A stretch of DNA of 64,000 nt from an uncultured Armatimonadetes bacterium (GTDB lineage: Bacteria; Armatimonadota; Hebobacteria; Hebobacterales; Hebobacteraceae): positions 4,448,001-4,512,000 of the forward strand of contig OY970296.1 in the NCBI GenBank assembly GCA_963716175.1, given 5' to 3'. Positions 1-10,896 of the stretch are shown piece by piece. Position 1 is the first letter of the stretch, and each line of letters opens with the position of its first letter. Position numbers and translations under genes: made by a program. The notes under the pieces are model-generated. The model was given only the letters and a program-made list of their open reading frames with translations. It had not been told where the DNA came from and searched no databases.

Positions 1-1629
1 CTGGACCGTTTCGCTCACTTCCTCGATCTGGCGGAGAAGCACAAGCTCAAGCTGATTGTTGGCCTGCTGACTGGCTGGATGAGCGGCCGCCTGCACCTGC
101 CTCCGGCCTTCGAGCGGCTCAACCCGCTGACGGATGCTCGCGTGATCCGGTGGGAATTGCGGATGATCCGTCACTTCGTTCATCGCTTCAAGGACCACCC
201 GGCAATTGCGGGATGGGACCTGGGCAATGAGTGCAATTGCATGGGCCAGGCGAACCGCGAGCAGGCCTTCATCTGGACCGCGACCATCGCCAACGCGATT
301 CGCGTCGCTGACCCGTCCCGGCCGGTGGTCTCGGGGCTGCATGGTCTGACGCCGCAGGGAGAGTGGACCATGCAGGACCAGGGAGAGCTGACCGACCTGC
401 TGACCACACATCCCTATCCAGTATTCACCCCGCACTGCGACCAAGACCCGGTCAACACCATCAGGACGATCATGCACAGCACGGCGGAGTCGCGGTTCTA
501 TGCAGACATCGGCGGCAAGCCCTGCCTCTGCCAGGAGATCGGCACGCTGGGGCCGATGCTGGCGAGCGAGAGGATCGCGGCGGATTTCGCCCGGAGCTGC
601 ATGTTCTCGCTGTGGGCAAACGACTGCCACGGGCTCGTGTGGTGGTGTGCGTTCGACCAGACGCACCTCACTCACACCCCTTACGACTGGAACCAGATGG
701 AGCGCGAGCTGGGCCTGATACGAGTGGATGGATCGGCGAAGCCGGTGCTGGAGACGATGGGCGCGTTCCGCAGGATGCTGGCGTCCATGCCCTTCGATGC
801 GCTGCCCCCGCATACGCGAGAGGCGGTGTGCATCCTGACCGAGGGTCAGGACCATTGGGGCGTGGCCTACAGCACCTACCTTCTCGCCAAGCAGGCGGGC
901 TTCGATATCGAGTTTCAGTACGCGCAGCAGCCAATCCGCGAGGCGCGCTTGTACCTGATGCCGTGCCTGGCCGGGCACAGCATGGTCTCGGGCCGCCGCA
1001 TGCGGGAGCTGCTGGCGAAGGTCGAGGCCGGCGCCACGCTCTACCTCTCCCTCGATACGGGCCTGCCGGCGGAGTTCAGGGAGCTGGTCGGCCTGGAGGC
1101 CCAGACCCGTGAGCGGCGGCGCGAGCTCAATACCATCCGACTCGGCGGTCTCGAGGGGGTTCCGAGCATCCCGTGCGCCGGCGGCTACAAGGTGCGCTTC
1201 ACACCAGTGCGCGCACAGGTGCTGGGAGAAGAGGACGATGGCAGCCCAGCCTTCACGGTCGCAAGCTATGGTCGAGGGAAAGTGTTCTTCCTGAACACCC
1301 CGATGGAGCTGACCGTGAGCCGCACGCCGGGGATTCTGCACACACCCGAGGCGCCGCCGTGCTGGTCGGTCTACCGACACGTGGCGGCCGATGTCATACG
1401 GAACCGCGTGGTGAGCAAAGAGCACCCGATGGTGGGGGTCACAGAACACCCGCGCGATGCCGGCAGCCGCGTCATCGTCGCCATCAACTACTCACCTGAG
1501 AAGATCAACACCAGGCTCACGCTAGCGAGGGGTTGGGCCCTCGGGGATGTCCTCTACGGAGCGGTGGAACCGAACGGAGAGTGCGCGCTGCCGGCCAACG
1601 ACGCAGCGGTGTTCCTGGCGAAGGCCTAA
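1..1629 (+). CDS. Clan GH-A glycoside hydrolase (GH5-like/beta-mannanase-like), 5'-partial
   Basis: Frame is open from base 1 (LDRFAHFLDLAEKHKLKLIVGLLTGWMSG). WDLGNE is the acid/base motif, CQEIG the candidate nucleophile, followed by WWCAFD. Confidence 0.75.
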   Translation: MDRFAHFLDLAEKHKLKLIVGLLTGWMSGRLHLPPAFERLNPLTDARVIRWELRMIRHFVHRFKDHPAIAGWDLGNECNCMGQANREQAFIWTATIANAIRVADPSRPVVSGLHGLTPQGEWTMQDQGELTDLLTTHPYPVFTPHCDQDPVNTIRTIMHSTAESRFYADIGGKPCLCQEIGTLGPMLASERIAADFARSCMFSLWANDCHGLVWWCAFDQTHLTHTPYDWNQMERELGLIRVDGSAKPVLETMGAFRRMLASMPFDALPPHTREAVCILTEGQDHWGVAYSTYLLAKQAGFDIEFQYAQQPIREARLYLMPCLAGHSMVSGRRMRELLAKVEAGATLYLSLDTGLPAEFRELVGLEAQTRERRRELNTIRLGGLEGVPSIPCAGGYKVRFTPVRAQVLGEEDDGSPAFTVASYGRGKVFFLNTPMELTVSRTPGILHTPEAPPCWSVYRHVAADVIRNRVVSKEHPMVGVTEHPRDAGSRVIVAINYSPEKINTRLTLARGWALGDVLYGAVEPNGECALPANDAAVFLAKA

Positions 1630-1670
1630 CAAGCGCCGAACCTGCGTAGGCGAGGCAGTGGGCTGGCCCG

Positions 1671-3788
1671 CTAGTTCCCAGAGCCCGAGTTGCCGCCCAA
1701 CTCGACCAGCACCGGCGAGCGAGCGTCGGGCCGGTTCGGCTGAAGGGAAAACCGCCGGGTGCGGTCGGGCGCCGCCAGAGTCAGGATCTTCTGCCCGCCT
1801 CGCTCCGCGATCTCCGGCTTGGCGCCAGGTGTGCTGGCGGCCGGATAGGCCTCCAACACGGTCACGAAGGTGAGCTGTTGGCGAGCATCGCGGTTTGACA
1901 CCTTGAGGGCTTCGATCTCCCCGGCCGGATTGCCGCTGGTGCCAATCAGCGGCTGACGCCAGCTCTCTGCAGCCACCTCCGCAGGCGCCAGCACCGTCAA
2001 GCGCAGCGCCCCGTTCTTCCCCTGCACAGTGAACCGGTTCCCCTCCTGCTGCTGGAAGGGGAAGTCGGCGTGGAAGTAGAGCTCGAAGGTGGAGGGTGAG
2101 ACCGCCTCCAGCTCATCCACGATGACCCAGCAATCCGGCCGCAGGTAGAAGACGTGCCGCAAGAACTTCTTCAGCCCGGCCTCGCGCTTGTAAGCCGCGG
2201 TCACGTCTCCGATGATGTAATCGTGATCCTGCGCGTGATCGGCACGAAGGATCCTGGCCCCACGCTTCTCGGCGCACAGCTGATCCCCCTGAAACCACGC
2301 TTCTCCCTCACCTTCCTGCCCCACGCCGTTGACCAGGGCCGTGTTCTGAAAGGCGGTGGTCTTGAAGGTGTAGCCGTCATCCACGATCAGCCAGTCGCCA
2401 TGGGCGAAGAGCTGAAAGGACCCAGCATCGGGATGCACGTGGCCTCCGCCCGGGTCATAGGAGTACTTGGCGAGCGCATGGTGGCCGATGTGCGGGCCGC
2501 ACTTGAACGCCATCAGCGCCTCATCGCCGTCCCACGATGAACGCATGAAGACAAGGTCGAGATCATCGAAATGCTTGAACGTGGGAAGGTCCGTCGGCGG
2601 CCGCGCGGGCACGGATGGATCCGCCCAGAGCAGGTTCAGGAATGCGGCGGCATCGTTGCAGAGGTCGGCCCCTCTGAGCGCGTTTGCCAGCCATTGCGCG
2701 TGCCCGTCCCGGTACTCCGCCGCCAGCTTTCGCAGCATGTAATCAGGCCCGTACCAGTCGTACCTGGGCCCATCGGCGAAAGTCATCAGGTCCGATTGCT
2801 GAGTCCACGATTGCTGTGGCAGCATGGAGTAAAGACGAAACGACGCGGTGTGTTGGAACCACGGGTTGTTCGCGAACAGGTCCCTGTCGAGCAGGCCACG
2901 CGAGAGCTCCATCAGTTTCAGCAAGTACTCCAGGCCATAGGACCAGTAGGGGACGCCCTCATGGGAGGCGCCGTCCGGCCCCAGAGAGCCCATCGTGATC
3001 TCGAGCTTCTCCAGCGGCAGCAGCACCCAGCCGTCCACTCCCTCGACTTCGCCGAATAGAGACAGGCCGGCCGCCGCCAGCCCGGTCATATCCACCCACT
3101 GATGGTTCTGCAGGTAAGCGTTGTGCCACCAGACCCGCTTGTTCAGCAAGGCCTGGTACATGCGCTCCCCGCGCTGCCGCAGGCATGCTCGCACCGCGGC
3201 GCGAGCGTCTGCGTCGAGATCTTGATATAGCCAGTCATACCCCAACGCCAGACCATAGAGCTGATGTCCGGCGGCGAGGTCCATGCCATCGATCTCACCC
3301 AGGCCCCAGGTCGGGTAGCCGGCGGAAGCAAGCATCCAGGCCTGCGCCGCAGCGAGGTACTTCCTCTCGCCAGTGAGCACATAGACCAGAGCCAGGTTGG
3401 GGATCGCGCTCCCCACCTCGCGCTGGTAGAGCTGCTCTTCGCCCGACCATCTATCATCCTTGCGGTAGGCGGGCGGGCCGTCGCTGGCGAGCCGGTCGGC
3501 TACACCCCGAAGTTGCTGAAAGAGGGAAGCGTAGGGCTCACGCTTGAGTTCAGCCTTCAGCTCCTGAACGCGCTCGTCTGTCAGATAGAGCCGCGGGTGC
3601 ACGCCCTGCAATCGGGCCAGCGGGGCCGGTATGGTCGTGAAGTGGTACTGCTCTCCGGCCGTGAAGCGTTCTGTCTCCATGACAGGCACCTCATCCAGAC
3701 GGGTATCGAGCTCGCTCGCACAGGAGGCGGATAGAAGAACGGCAAGCAGGACAACAGACAGGACGATCGCCCGGGGCCAGTCAATCAT
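1671..3788 (-). CDS. Secreted DUF4962 + heparinase II/III-like polysaccharide lyase
   Basis: Signal/lipoprotein-like N-terminus; HPRLY, NHQW, EGVPYWSYG, MRSSW and GHVHPD motifs typical of the alpha/alpha toroid + Hepar_II_III fold. Confidence 0.8.
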   Translation of the reverse strand: MIDWPRAIVLSVVLLAVLLSASCASELDTRLDEVPVMETERFTAGEQYHFTTIPAPLARLQGVHPRLYLTDERVQELKAELKREPYASLFQQLRGVADRLASDGPPAYRKDDRWSGEEQLYQREVGSAIPNLALVYVLTGERKYLAAAQAWMLASAGYPTWGLGEIDGMDLAAGHQLYGLALGYDWLYQDLDADARAAVRACLRQRGERMYQALLNKRVWWHNAYLQNHQWVDMTGLAAAGLSLFGEVEGVDGWVLLPLEKLEITMGSLGPDGASHEGVPYWSYGLEYLLKLMELSRGLLDRDLFANNPWFQHTASFRLYSMLPQQSWTQQSDLMTFADGPRYDWYGPDYMLRKLAAEYRDGHAQWLANALRGADLCNDAAAFLNLLWADPSVPARPPTDLPTFKHFDDLDLVFMRSSWDGDEALMAFKCGPHIGHHALAKYSYDPGGGHVHPDAGSFQLFAHGDWLIVDDGYTFKTTAFQNTALVNGVGQEGEGEAWFQGDQLCAEKRGARILRADHAQDHDYIIGDVTAAYKREAGLKKFLRHVFYLRPDCWVIVDELEAVSPSTFELYFHADFPFQQQEGNRFTVQGKNGALRLTVLAPAEVAAESWRQPLIGTSGNPAGEIEALKVSNRDARQQLTFVTVLEAYPAASTPGAKPEIAERGGQKILTLAAPDRTRRFSLQPNRPDARSPVLVELGGNSGSGN

Positions 3789-3924
3789 GGCGGCCTCTCC
3801 AACTACCGCGCCGCGAGGAGGGGACCCACGCAGTGCGCGCCGATAGAGCTGTTTTCGTGGTCGAGCTCGCGCGTTCCTTGCCGTGACCGGTCGGATATCC
3901 GCGCGGACCCGCCCCTGCGCTACC

Positions 3925-6255
3925 TCAGTATCGCAGGCGGAAGGGCCGCCCGGGGTCGAGCTCTGAGGCGGCCTTGACCAGCTTCTGCCTCGGCTGGTAA
4001 GCGAACGGCACGCTCCGGCTTCCGCAGGTCAGCTCGCGGGGACGCGCGGGAGAGATGATCGCCATCTCGGTCTCAGCGTGGGCCGGGCCCTGAAGCGACC
4101 ACTCGAAGACCCGCCCCGCCCGGTCCCAGCACGCGGAGGCCAGCCCATCCGCGCCCAGAGCGTAGACCAAGTCCGGAGCGTCCTTGGTCGCTTCTCTTAT
4201 GTAGAGCAAGGCATGTCCGTGGGCCGGCAGAGAGACTGGAAGCTCCTTGAGCTGGGAGCCGGTGAAAGTCCCAATCAGCTTGCCCCGCGCCGGCTCGTAG
4301 ACGAGGTAGGAGCGCCGGGCAGCGAGACCGAGCTGAGGAAGTGACCGGATGCTGAGAGTGGTGCGCACAGGCCTGGCGTTCATGTTGACGACAGTCAGCA
4401 GAAGCTGGCTGCTGTCCTCTCTCCGCAGCACATTCACGTACACTTCTCCGGTCGAAGCAGAGGCCAGCTGTTGATCAGCCAGGGCGGGATGCAGCGAAGC
4501 CTTCTCCACACCGAAGAAGCGTAGGATATCCCGGTAGCGCCGGAAGGCGGCGACATCCTCCTCGCTGTACGCTCTGCGATTGCCCAGGTCATAGGGGTGG
4601 CGAGGCAGGAGCGAGCAGATGAGCAAGCCGAGGGAGAGCTTCTGCTCGGTAGTGAGATCGCTGCCATAGGTAGACCACGCCGTCTGCGAACCAAGGCGAT
4701 AGGAGAAGTAGAGGAATGAGCGAGCCAGAGGTTCGAGCCCCATGACGTCCATGGACTCGCCCACCAGCCGGATGTCCGAGAGGGAGGTGATATAGGCGAT
4801 GGGCAGGACATTGGTGTTGTTGAAGATGATGGCGTCCGGCTTCTTCGACTTGATGCGATTATAGGCGTAAGCCAGCATATCACGGAGGCCCAGGAAGCTG
4901 ACATGCCGGAACCGGCCATCGCCGTGGGCCGGGTTTTCGCAGGCCATCTGGCCATACCACATGTCTATATAGATCCCGTCGAAGTCGTAGTTGTCTACGA
5001 CCCTGTCTATCAGCCGTTTGAAGTGATCGCGCCATCCCTCGGCCCAGGGGCACATTCCCGACGAACGGTACTGGAAAGAGTATCCGGGCTGGAGGCGCCA
5101 TTCGGGTCCATGCTCGTCGTAGGCACTGCTGTTGTGTCTCAGATCGGTCGCCGAAACATATGGGACGACCTTGATGCCGCGCTCGTGAAGTCGCGCGACG
5201 TTCTGGGCGATCTCCTCGCTCTCCGTCGCGCTCGGAGGATTCGCGCTGAACCCAGTCAGGCTCTCGAGGTAGTTCGCGCCCCGGCGAGCTGCCTGCTCGA
5301 TCTGCTCTCCGGGCATCCCGTAGCGGCCCTCCACCGGCCGCAGGCCGAGCAGAGCGGAACGATACGGCTTGGCCGGGGTGACGGCAAGTGCGAAGGCCCC
5401 CTCCGTGGACCACCCGGCCTTCAGCGGGAGATAGACATTGCGCACCGCGAAATTCTCCCAGGAGACCTCCCGGCCACGGCGGGAGATGACGAACATGGAC
5501 TGCGATCTCCCCGAAAGCGAGTCGCCCCATCCGCGGCCATCAGGGAAGCGGAACTCGGTGGGCTGGTAGTGCTGCGGAGTGACCTCCCAGGTCGTCACCT
5601 CCACCCCGGTGCGTTGATTCCCCAGCCAGAACCAGGGCAGGAAGAGGCCAGTGAGGAACTCGCCATCTTCGTCGGGGAGGCGAGCGAAGTGGTAATCATC
5701 CGTCACCTGGCGCAGCGCCTGATCCGGCAGATTCGCGTGCAGGGAGCAGAGGGAGGCGGGAAGAGTGGCCCGGGAGAGACACAGCCAGCGGAGCTCGCAG
5801 TCGGACTCCGCTTGGTTCTGGATGGTGATGATGTCGAGCCCATCTATGTAGATGCGGTGGGTGATAGTGTAACGGATAGGGAACGGCTCCCCGGCTTCGG
5901 AGCGGTAGTGACCCGAGGCGCGCAGCATCACCCGCTCCGGGCTGGTCTCCACCACCGTGAACTCGGCCGCGCCTTCGTGCCGCATGGCGAAGCGCTTCTC
6001 GCGGGGGTCGCGTTCTGGGCTGAGGTAGGCGTCGGGGAGGGCGAAGCTTTTCCTCGCCGAGAAGTCGTCCGAGAGCACCTGGAGGCCGGTCATCAGGCCG
6101 TTGGCCTTGGAGAAGGTGTAGGCAAAGGTCTGCCCGGCAACGACGAAGAGGCCCCCCTCATCCCGCGCCTGCAACGCCTCCTCGGGCCTCATGGGGAGCT
6201 TGGGCACCGGCTCGAAAGGCAGCAAGCGACTGGGACCAGAATAGGCGGTTGACAT
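3925..6255 (-). CDS. Putative glycoside hydrolase (beta-supersandwich + TIM barrel, DUF6067/DUF6259-like)
   Basis: Start placed at ATG 6255 after AAGGAGG; GIKVVPYVS and FDGIYIDMW motifs. Confidence 0.6.
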   Translation of the reverse strand: MSTAYSGPSRLLPFEPVPKLPMRPEEALQARDEGGLFVVAGQTFAYTFSKANGLMTGLQVLSDDFSARKSFALPDAYLSPERDPREKRFAMRHEGAAEFTVVETSPERVMLRASGHYRSEAGEPFPIRYTITHRIYIDGLDIITIQNQAESDCELRWLCLSRATLPASLCSLHANLPDQALRQVTDDYHFARLPDEDGEFLTGLFLPWFWLGNQRTGVEVTTWEVTPQHYQPTEFRFPDGRGWGDSLSGRSQSMFVISRRGREVSWENFAVRNVYLPLKAGWSTEGAFALAVTPAKPYRSALLGLRPVEGRYGMPGEQIEQAARRGANYLESLTGFSANPPSATESEEIAQNVARLHERGIKVVPYVSATDLRHNSSAYDEHGPEWRLQPGYSFQYRSSGMCPWAEGWRDHFKRLIDRVVDNYDFDGIYIDMWYGQMACENPAHGDGRFRHVSFLGLRDMLAYAYNRIKSKKPDAIIFNNTNVLPIAYITSLSDIRLVGESMDVMGLEPLARSFLYFSYRLGSQTAWSTYGSDLTTEQKLSLGLLICSLLPRHPYDLGNRRAYSEEDVAAFRRYRDILRFFGVEKASLHPALADQQLASASTGEVYVNVLRREDSSQLLLTVVNMNARPVRTTLSIRSLPQLGLAARRSYLVYEPARGKLIGTFTGSQLKELPVSLPAHGHALLYIREATKDAPDLVYALGADGLASACWDRAGRVFEWSLQGPAHAETEMAIISPARPRELTCGSRSVPFAYQPRQKLVKAASELDPGRPFRLRY

Positions 6256-6733
6256 GGACACCTCCTTCTCCGACAGCCTGTGAAGGCCCGCCCGCCACCC
6301 GGCCGGCGGGCAAGCCTGCAGCGCCAGAGTTACTGGAACGACTGCGGCCACGGCGACACCGGCCTGGGCTTCACTTCCGCCTCTGTCTCCGACCTCCTCT
6401 CGCCATCGCCATCATCTTGCCCGTTTGTCTTTCGCGAGTTCAGCGGCCAAACCGCCGCGCTGCCCCCGGCGGCCCATGCTCCTCTGCCTACAGGACCACC
6501 TGCATCCGCTCTTTCACCGTCGCCCGCGGCTTACCCCGGCTCGCTACTTTCCGCCTCAGGTGATCTCGGGTGCTCCCTCCTGGAGTTACAGCTTCGTCCA
6601 GCCCTGACTTACACTGCCTGAGAGGTCCCGCAGGGCGCGACCGCTCTCTGGCAGAAATAGGCCTGCACTCCCGCCATGGCGGCCTTGGTCGCGCCCGGCA
6701 GTCACGGGGATTCCCGGACCTCGCGGGTGGTTG

Positions 6734-8745
6734 ATGCTGAAGAGAGCGCCCCAGGAAGCAGGCACGTCGGCCAGCCGCGCCTCCCTCAAGGAAGACGCGC
6801 CTGCCAGCGCTATCAGCGCGCGCTGCATCCTGCTCGGCGCACTCAGCGCTGCCCTTCTCGGCATCGTGAATCCCTATCTGAGTTTCGTCTTCCACACCTG
6901 GGACGTCGGCTCGGGCCAGTTGATGAACGGCCCCGTGCTAGTGCTTTTCATCCTGGTGATCTTCAACACGCTGCTGGTCCGCCTGTGGCCTGGCCGGGCC
7001 TTCACTCGCACCGAGCTGCTGGTCGTCTATGGCATGCTGACCGTCTCGTTGGGCCTTCTGATGCAGGGCGGCCTCCCCTACCTGGTGGCGCTCACCACTT
7101 ATCCCTTCTATGCCGCCACCCCTGAGAATCAGTGGCAACACCTGATCTGGCCCTACATCCCGCTGTGGTTTCGCGTGAGCAGCGCGGCTGCCGTGGACTG
7201 GTTCTGGGAGGGCATGCCCCGCGGGGCAGCGATCCCGTGGCACGACTGGCTCCAGCCGGTGCTGGCGTGGGGGGCATTCACCTGCACGCTGATGACAGCC
7301 ATGTTCTGCCTCAGCGCGCTCCTGAGCAGAGACTGGATCCATCGCCAACGCCTCACTTTCCCGTTGGTGGAAGTGCCGCTTGCCATCACCGGCGACAGGC
7401 GCTGGCCTACGCTCGGCAGCAGCCTGCTGGGCAATCGCGTCTTCTGGATCGGCTTCGCCATCCCCAGCGTCATCTCCACCTCCTCCTGGCTGCACCGTTT
7501 CTGGCCGAACTTCCCGGCGCCGCAGCTCTGGGGCCTCGATATCGGCCGCACCTTTGCCGGCATGGGCCTCCCCTGGAGCGCGCTGCAGGACACCCATTTC
7601 TCCATCCTGTTCTCCGTCATCGGAGTGATGTGTCTGCTGCCCACCGAGGTGGCCCTCAGCCTCTGGCTGTTCTACGTGCTCTACAAGGTGCAACTGCTGG
7701 TCTGGGCCACCTTTGGTGTGGGGCAAGGCGGGGGCCCGGCATTCGTGGATCCCCGCACGTTCGTGATGTACCAGGAGGCGGGGGCCTTCATCGGGTTCAG
7801 CGTGATCTTGCTCTACGAGTCACGGCAGTTCATCCGGAAAGCGTGGCTGGGCCTTTGGGGGGCCCTCGCGAGGAGGACGGCCCCTACGCCCCGCTCTCCG
7901 GCCGCGCCGCCTTGCTCGCGCTCATCGCCTCTGTCATCTTCATGCTCTGGTTCGCAGTCAATGCCGGCATGTCGTGGTGGTCCTTCTCGCTTCTCTTTGG
8001 GGTGTTCTTCACCGTGCTGCTGGGCTCCACGCGGTTGGTGGCTGCGGCTGGAGTCATGTACCCGGATACCGGGCGTTACGGCTACTCCTTCGTCATCAAC
8101 ATGCTGGGTTCCCAGCCAATCGGGACCCCCTCTCTGGTGATCTACACCTACTTCGCGTTCATCTACATGCAGGACCCGATGAACGTCGCCATGCCTCAGA
8201 TGATGAACAGCTTCAAGCTCACCGATAGCGGAAGGATCAGGGGACGACCTTTCTCAGCGGCTGCCGCGGTGGCGGTGGTGACCGTGATCGTGGCCGGCAC
8301 CGCCGGTCTGCTGAACATGCTCTACCACCAGGGGGCAAGCCAGTTGGAGCGGTGGCCCTTCTTCAACTGGGCCGACTGGGCTTTCACGGATCTCAGCAGC
8401 AGCCTGCGCAACCCTGAGGCCGCAAGCAACTGGCTGCGCCTGGGGGTGGGTGTGGGGGCGGTGGTCGCTACTGCGCTCGTGCTGCTTCACACCTACGTGG
8501 TCTGGTGGCCCGTCAGCCCCATCGGCTTCCTCATCGCCAGCACCTATACCTCGGACTGGATCCTCTGGAACAACGCGCTCGTCGCCTGGCTGCTCACCAG
8601 TCGGATCAGGCGGTACGGCGGCCTCCGTCTCTACCGCTCCTTCCGCCCCGCCTTCCTTGGCCTCATCCTCGGCGACTATCTCACCTCAGCTCTCTTCGCC
8701 ATCCTCAACACCATGCTCGACTACCGGAGGATGCTGGGCGGCTAG
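6734..8745 (+). CDS. DUF6785/DUF6784-type polytopic membrane protein (putative oligomer transporter); apparent frameshift at G6 run 7857-7862
   Basis: ORF 6731..8140 and the C-terminal part of ORF 7132..8745 join into one hydrophobic protein with TRTELLVVY, W..W..P.LAW, QRLTFPL, WWPVSPIGF and RRYGGLRLY..RPAFLGLILG motifs. Confidence 0.75.
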
Positions 8746-8838
8746 ATCGCATCCCGGTGGCAAAGAGCCTGACAGCGACCCCGGTCCTGTGCTATGCTGG
8801 GCAGACTCGGCCGACAGTGACATCAGGAGTGTGAACCC

Positions 8839-10734
8839 ATGGCTCCCTTCACGCTGCAGCACCGCGATACCGTCCTGCGCTACGAACCCGAATCCGGCGG
8901 CCTCTCCATCACCGTTGGCGGCGTCCGCACCCCGTGGCTGGTTGATCTCACCAAGACTGCCACCATCGAAGTGCGGCCCCTTGGCGCTGCGACCACCGAG
9001 ACGCACCGACTCCCCCTGGACGATCTCACGCTGCGCATGCTGGGCCCGCATCATCTCCAGTGGGTGGGTGCCGTCGCGGGTGCGGAGTGCGCCTTCGAGA
9101 TAGAGCTTGCGGAAGATGCCATCGTCTTCACGGTCACCCCGCTGGGGAGCGCGGAGGCGGACCTAGTGTCCGCGGTGTGGCCGGGCGGAATCTCCTTCCG
9201 CGATGAGGTGCGGGAGGTCTGCTGGTCCAACTACCAGCAGGGCGCGCTCTTCCGTGCAGACGGGCGGCCCTGGCACAAGCAGGAGGACGTGGGCCATGTG
9301 GCGATGCGGTTCTGCGGGCTGACCTCAGCCCGCTCTTCCCTGGCGATGATCGCCGAGACCTCTGCAGACGCGCGGTGGCACTTCGCGGACGACGGCCAGC
9401 ACACCATGTCCGCCCGCGTCGAGTTCCTGCCCTCCATGGGATCGCTGGCCTATGCCAGGAGGGTGCGCCTGGCGCCGCTGCGGGAGCCAGGTTACGTGCA
9501 GGTCGCGCAGGCCTTCCGCGCCTACGCCCAGCAGCACAGCTTATGGATAAGCTGGGAGGAGCGCGCTGCGCGCAACCCCTTGGCCCAGAAGCTGCAGGGC
9601 GCTTTCGTCGCCTGCGCCGGCTACTGGTTCGACGCCGGCGCAGACCAGGTAGGGGTGATGCGGCGAATGCGGGAGTACGGGTTCGAGCGAGGTTACCTGT
9701 TCTCGCCCAAGCTGCTCGTGCCCGGCGTGGCGTGGACAAGCTGGCTGGGGGTCGAGCCGAACCGTCTCACGGACGCCCAGCTTGGTGAGATCCAGTCGCT
9801 GGGCTATATCGCCGCGCCCTTCCTGCAGGTCGAAGAGGTGGACGAGAGCTTCCAGGGAGGCCGGTACTTCGCGCGCAGGGCAGACGGCGACAAGGTCAAG
9901 CGCTGGCAGATCGGGGAGTGCAGCTTCTATGAGATTGCGAAGTGGCACGTGCGCGCGACTCTTCCCCACTACGACGATCAACTGCAGACCTGTCACGGAA
10001 TCCACTTCGATACCCTCACTGCCATGCCTCTGATCGAGCATCATGGCGAGCGATCGTATGATCGGCGCGGAGACATCGCCCTGCGCTTAGAGGTGGCGGA
10101 CTACTACCGGGAGCGGGGGAAAGCCGTGGTTGCGGAGAGTCTGCGCGACTGGTCTGTGCGCATGATTGACATGGGCACCTCCAAATCCTTCTGCCCCGTA
10201 GAGGTGGGGGATCGGCGGGTGTGGATCGTGCCCCTCTCCGACCTGGTCTACCACGATTCCTGCATCCGGGTGTCGTGGGAGCACCACCCCTACGACGATG
10301 ACCGCTGTGTCCACTCGCGGCTGGAGAAGCGCTTCCATCCCTTCGGCCCCCACCTCATGAACCTGCTGACCTGTTCGCCGCCGGTGCTGTTTCCGGAGGG
10401 CATGCTCTATGAGTTCGAGCACCGCGAGGTGGTGCGGGAGGACGGAGAGAAGGAGTGGGAGGTGGTGTGGGAAAGAGCGGCTCCCTACCGCAAGCGCTTC
10501 ACCGACGAGGCCACCCAAGCAGCGCTTCCCAAGGCTCTGGAAGCCTGTCGCCTGCACGAACGCCACGGCGCTGCCAGGATGCTGTCTCACCACTTCCCGG
10601 ATACGGGCTACCGCTACCTCCAGGAAAGCGAGTTCTCCACCGGACTGCACGTCACCGCCAACTTCGGCGATGAGCCCTACACCCTCCCCGACGGGCGCAC
10701 GGTCGGGCCGCGCTCGGCGCTGGTGGAGGAGTGA
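8839..10734 (+). CDS. Putative glycoside hydrolase, GH129/GH101-like (DUF5696-like)
   Basis: AGGAG RBS; GIHFDT, VPLSDLVYHD and C-terminal F..G..VTANFG motifs. Confidence 0.55.
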   Translation: MAPFTLQHRDTVLRYEPESGGLSITVGGVRTPWLVDLTKTATIEVRPLGAATTETHRLPLDDLTLRMLGPHHLQWVGAVAGAECAFEIELAEDAIVFTVTPLGSAEADLVSAVWPGGISFRDEVREVCWSNYQQGALFRADGRPWHKQEDVGHVAMRFCGLTSARSSLAMIAETSADARWHFADDGQHTMSARVEFLPSMGSLAYARRVRLAPLREPGYVQVAQAFRAYAQQHSLWISWEERAARNPLAQKLQGAFVACAGYWFDAGADQVGVMRRMREYGFERGYLFSPKLLVPGVAWTSWLGVEPNRLTDAQLGEIQSLGYIAAPFLQVEEVDESFQGGRYFARRADGDKVKRWQIGECSFYEIAKWHVRATLPHYDDQLQTCHGIHFDTLTAMPLIEHHGERSYDRRGDIALRLEVADYYRERGKAVVAESLRDWSVRMIDMGTSKSFCPVEVGDRRVWIVPLSDLVYHDSCIRVSWEHHPYDDDRCVHSRLEKRFHPFGPHLMNLLTCSPPVLFPEGMLYEFEHREVVREDGEKEWEVVWERAAPYRKRFTDEATQAALPKALEACRLHERHGAARMLSHHFPDTGYRYLQESEFSTGLHVTANFGDEPYTLPDGRTVGPRSALVEE

Positions 10735-10896
10735 AGGCGACACACCGCACTGAACGCGATCACAGCCCTGACGGGGCCACCTGGGATCAGCTCTGGGGGA
10801 TCAGTCACAAGGGCATTGGATAGGCATAGGCGCGTGGGCCCAGAGGCGGCCGATGCTCTGGTAATCGCTTGCCGTGGCGAGTAGAATAGGGCCCGT

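Noticed and set aside
4903-6252. Long antisense or alternative-frame ORFs (also 16042..17676, 14635..15948, 22494..23831, 48540..50006)
   Set aside because: Shadow ORFs expected in high-GC DNA opposite well-supported genes; no protein motifs.
6578-6620. Possible IS256/ISLre2-like terminus (GGCAGTGTAAGTC, minus strand)
   Set aside because: No partner inverted repeat and no recognisable transposase remnant.
7850-7870. Programmed ribosomal frameshifting in the split genes
   Set aside because: Breaks fall in simple homopolymer runs of unrelated genes (xerD, miaA, mutL) that are not known to be recoded; indel error is the simpler explanation.
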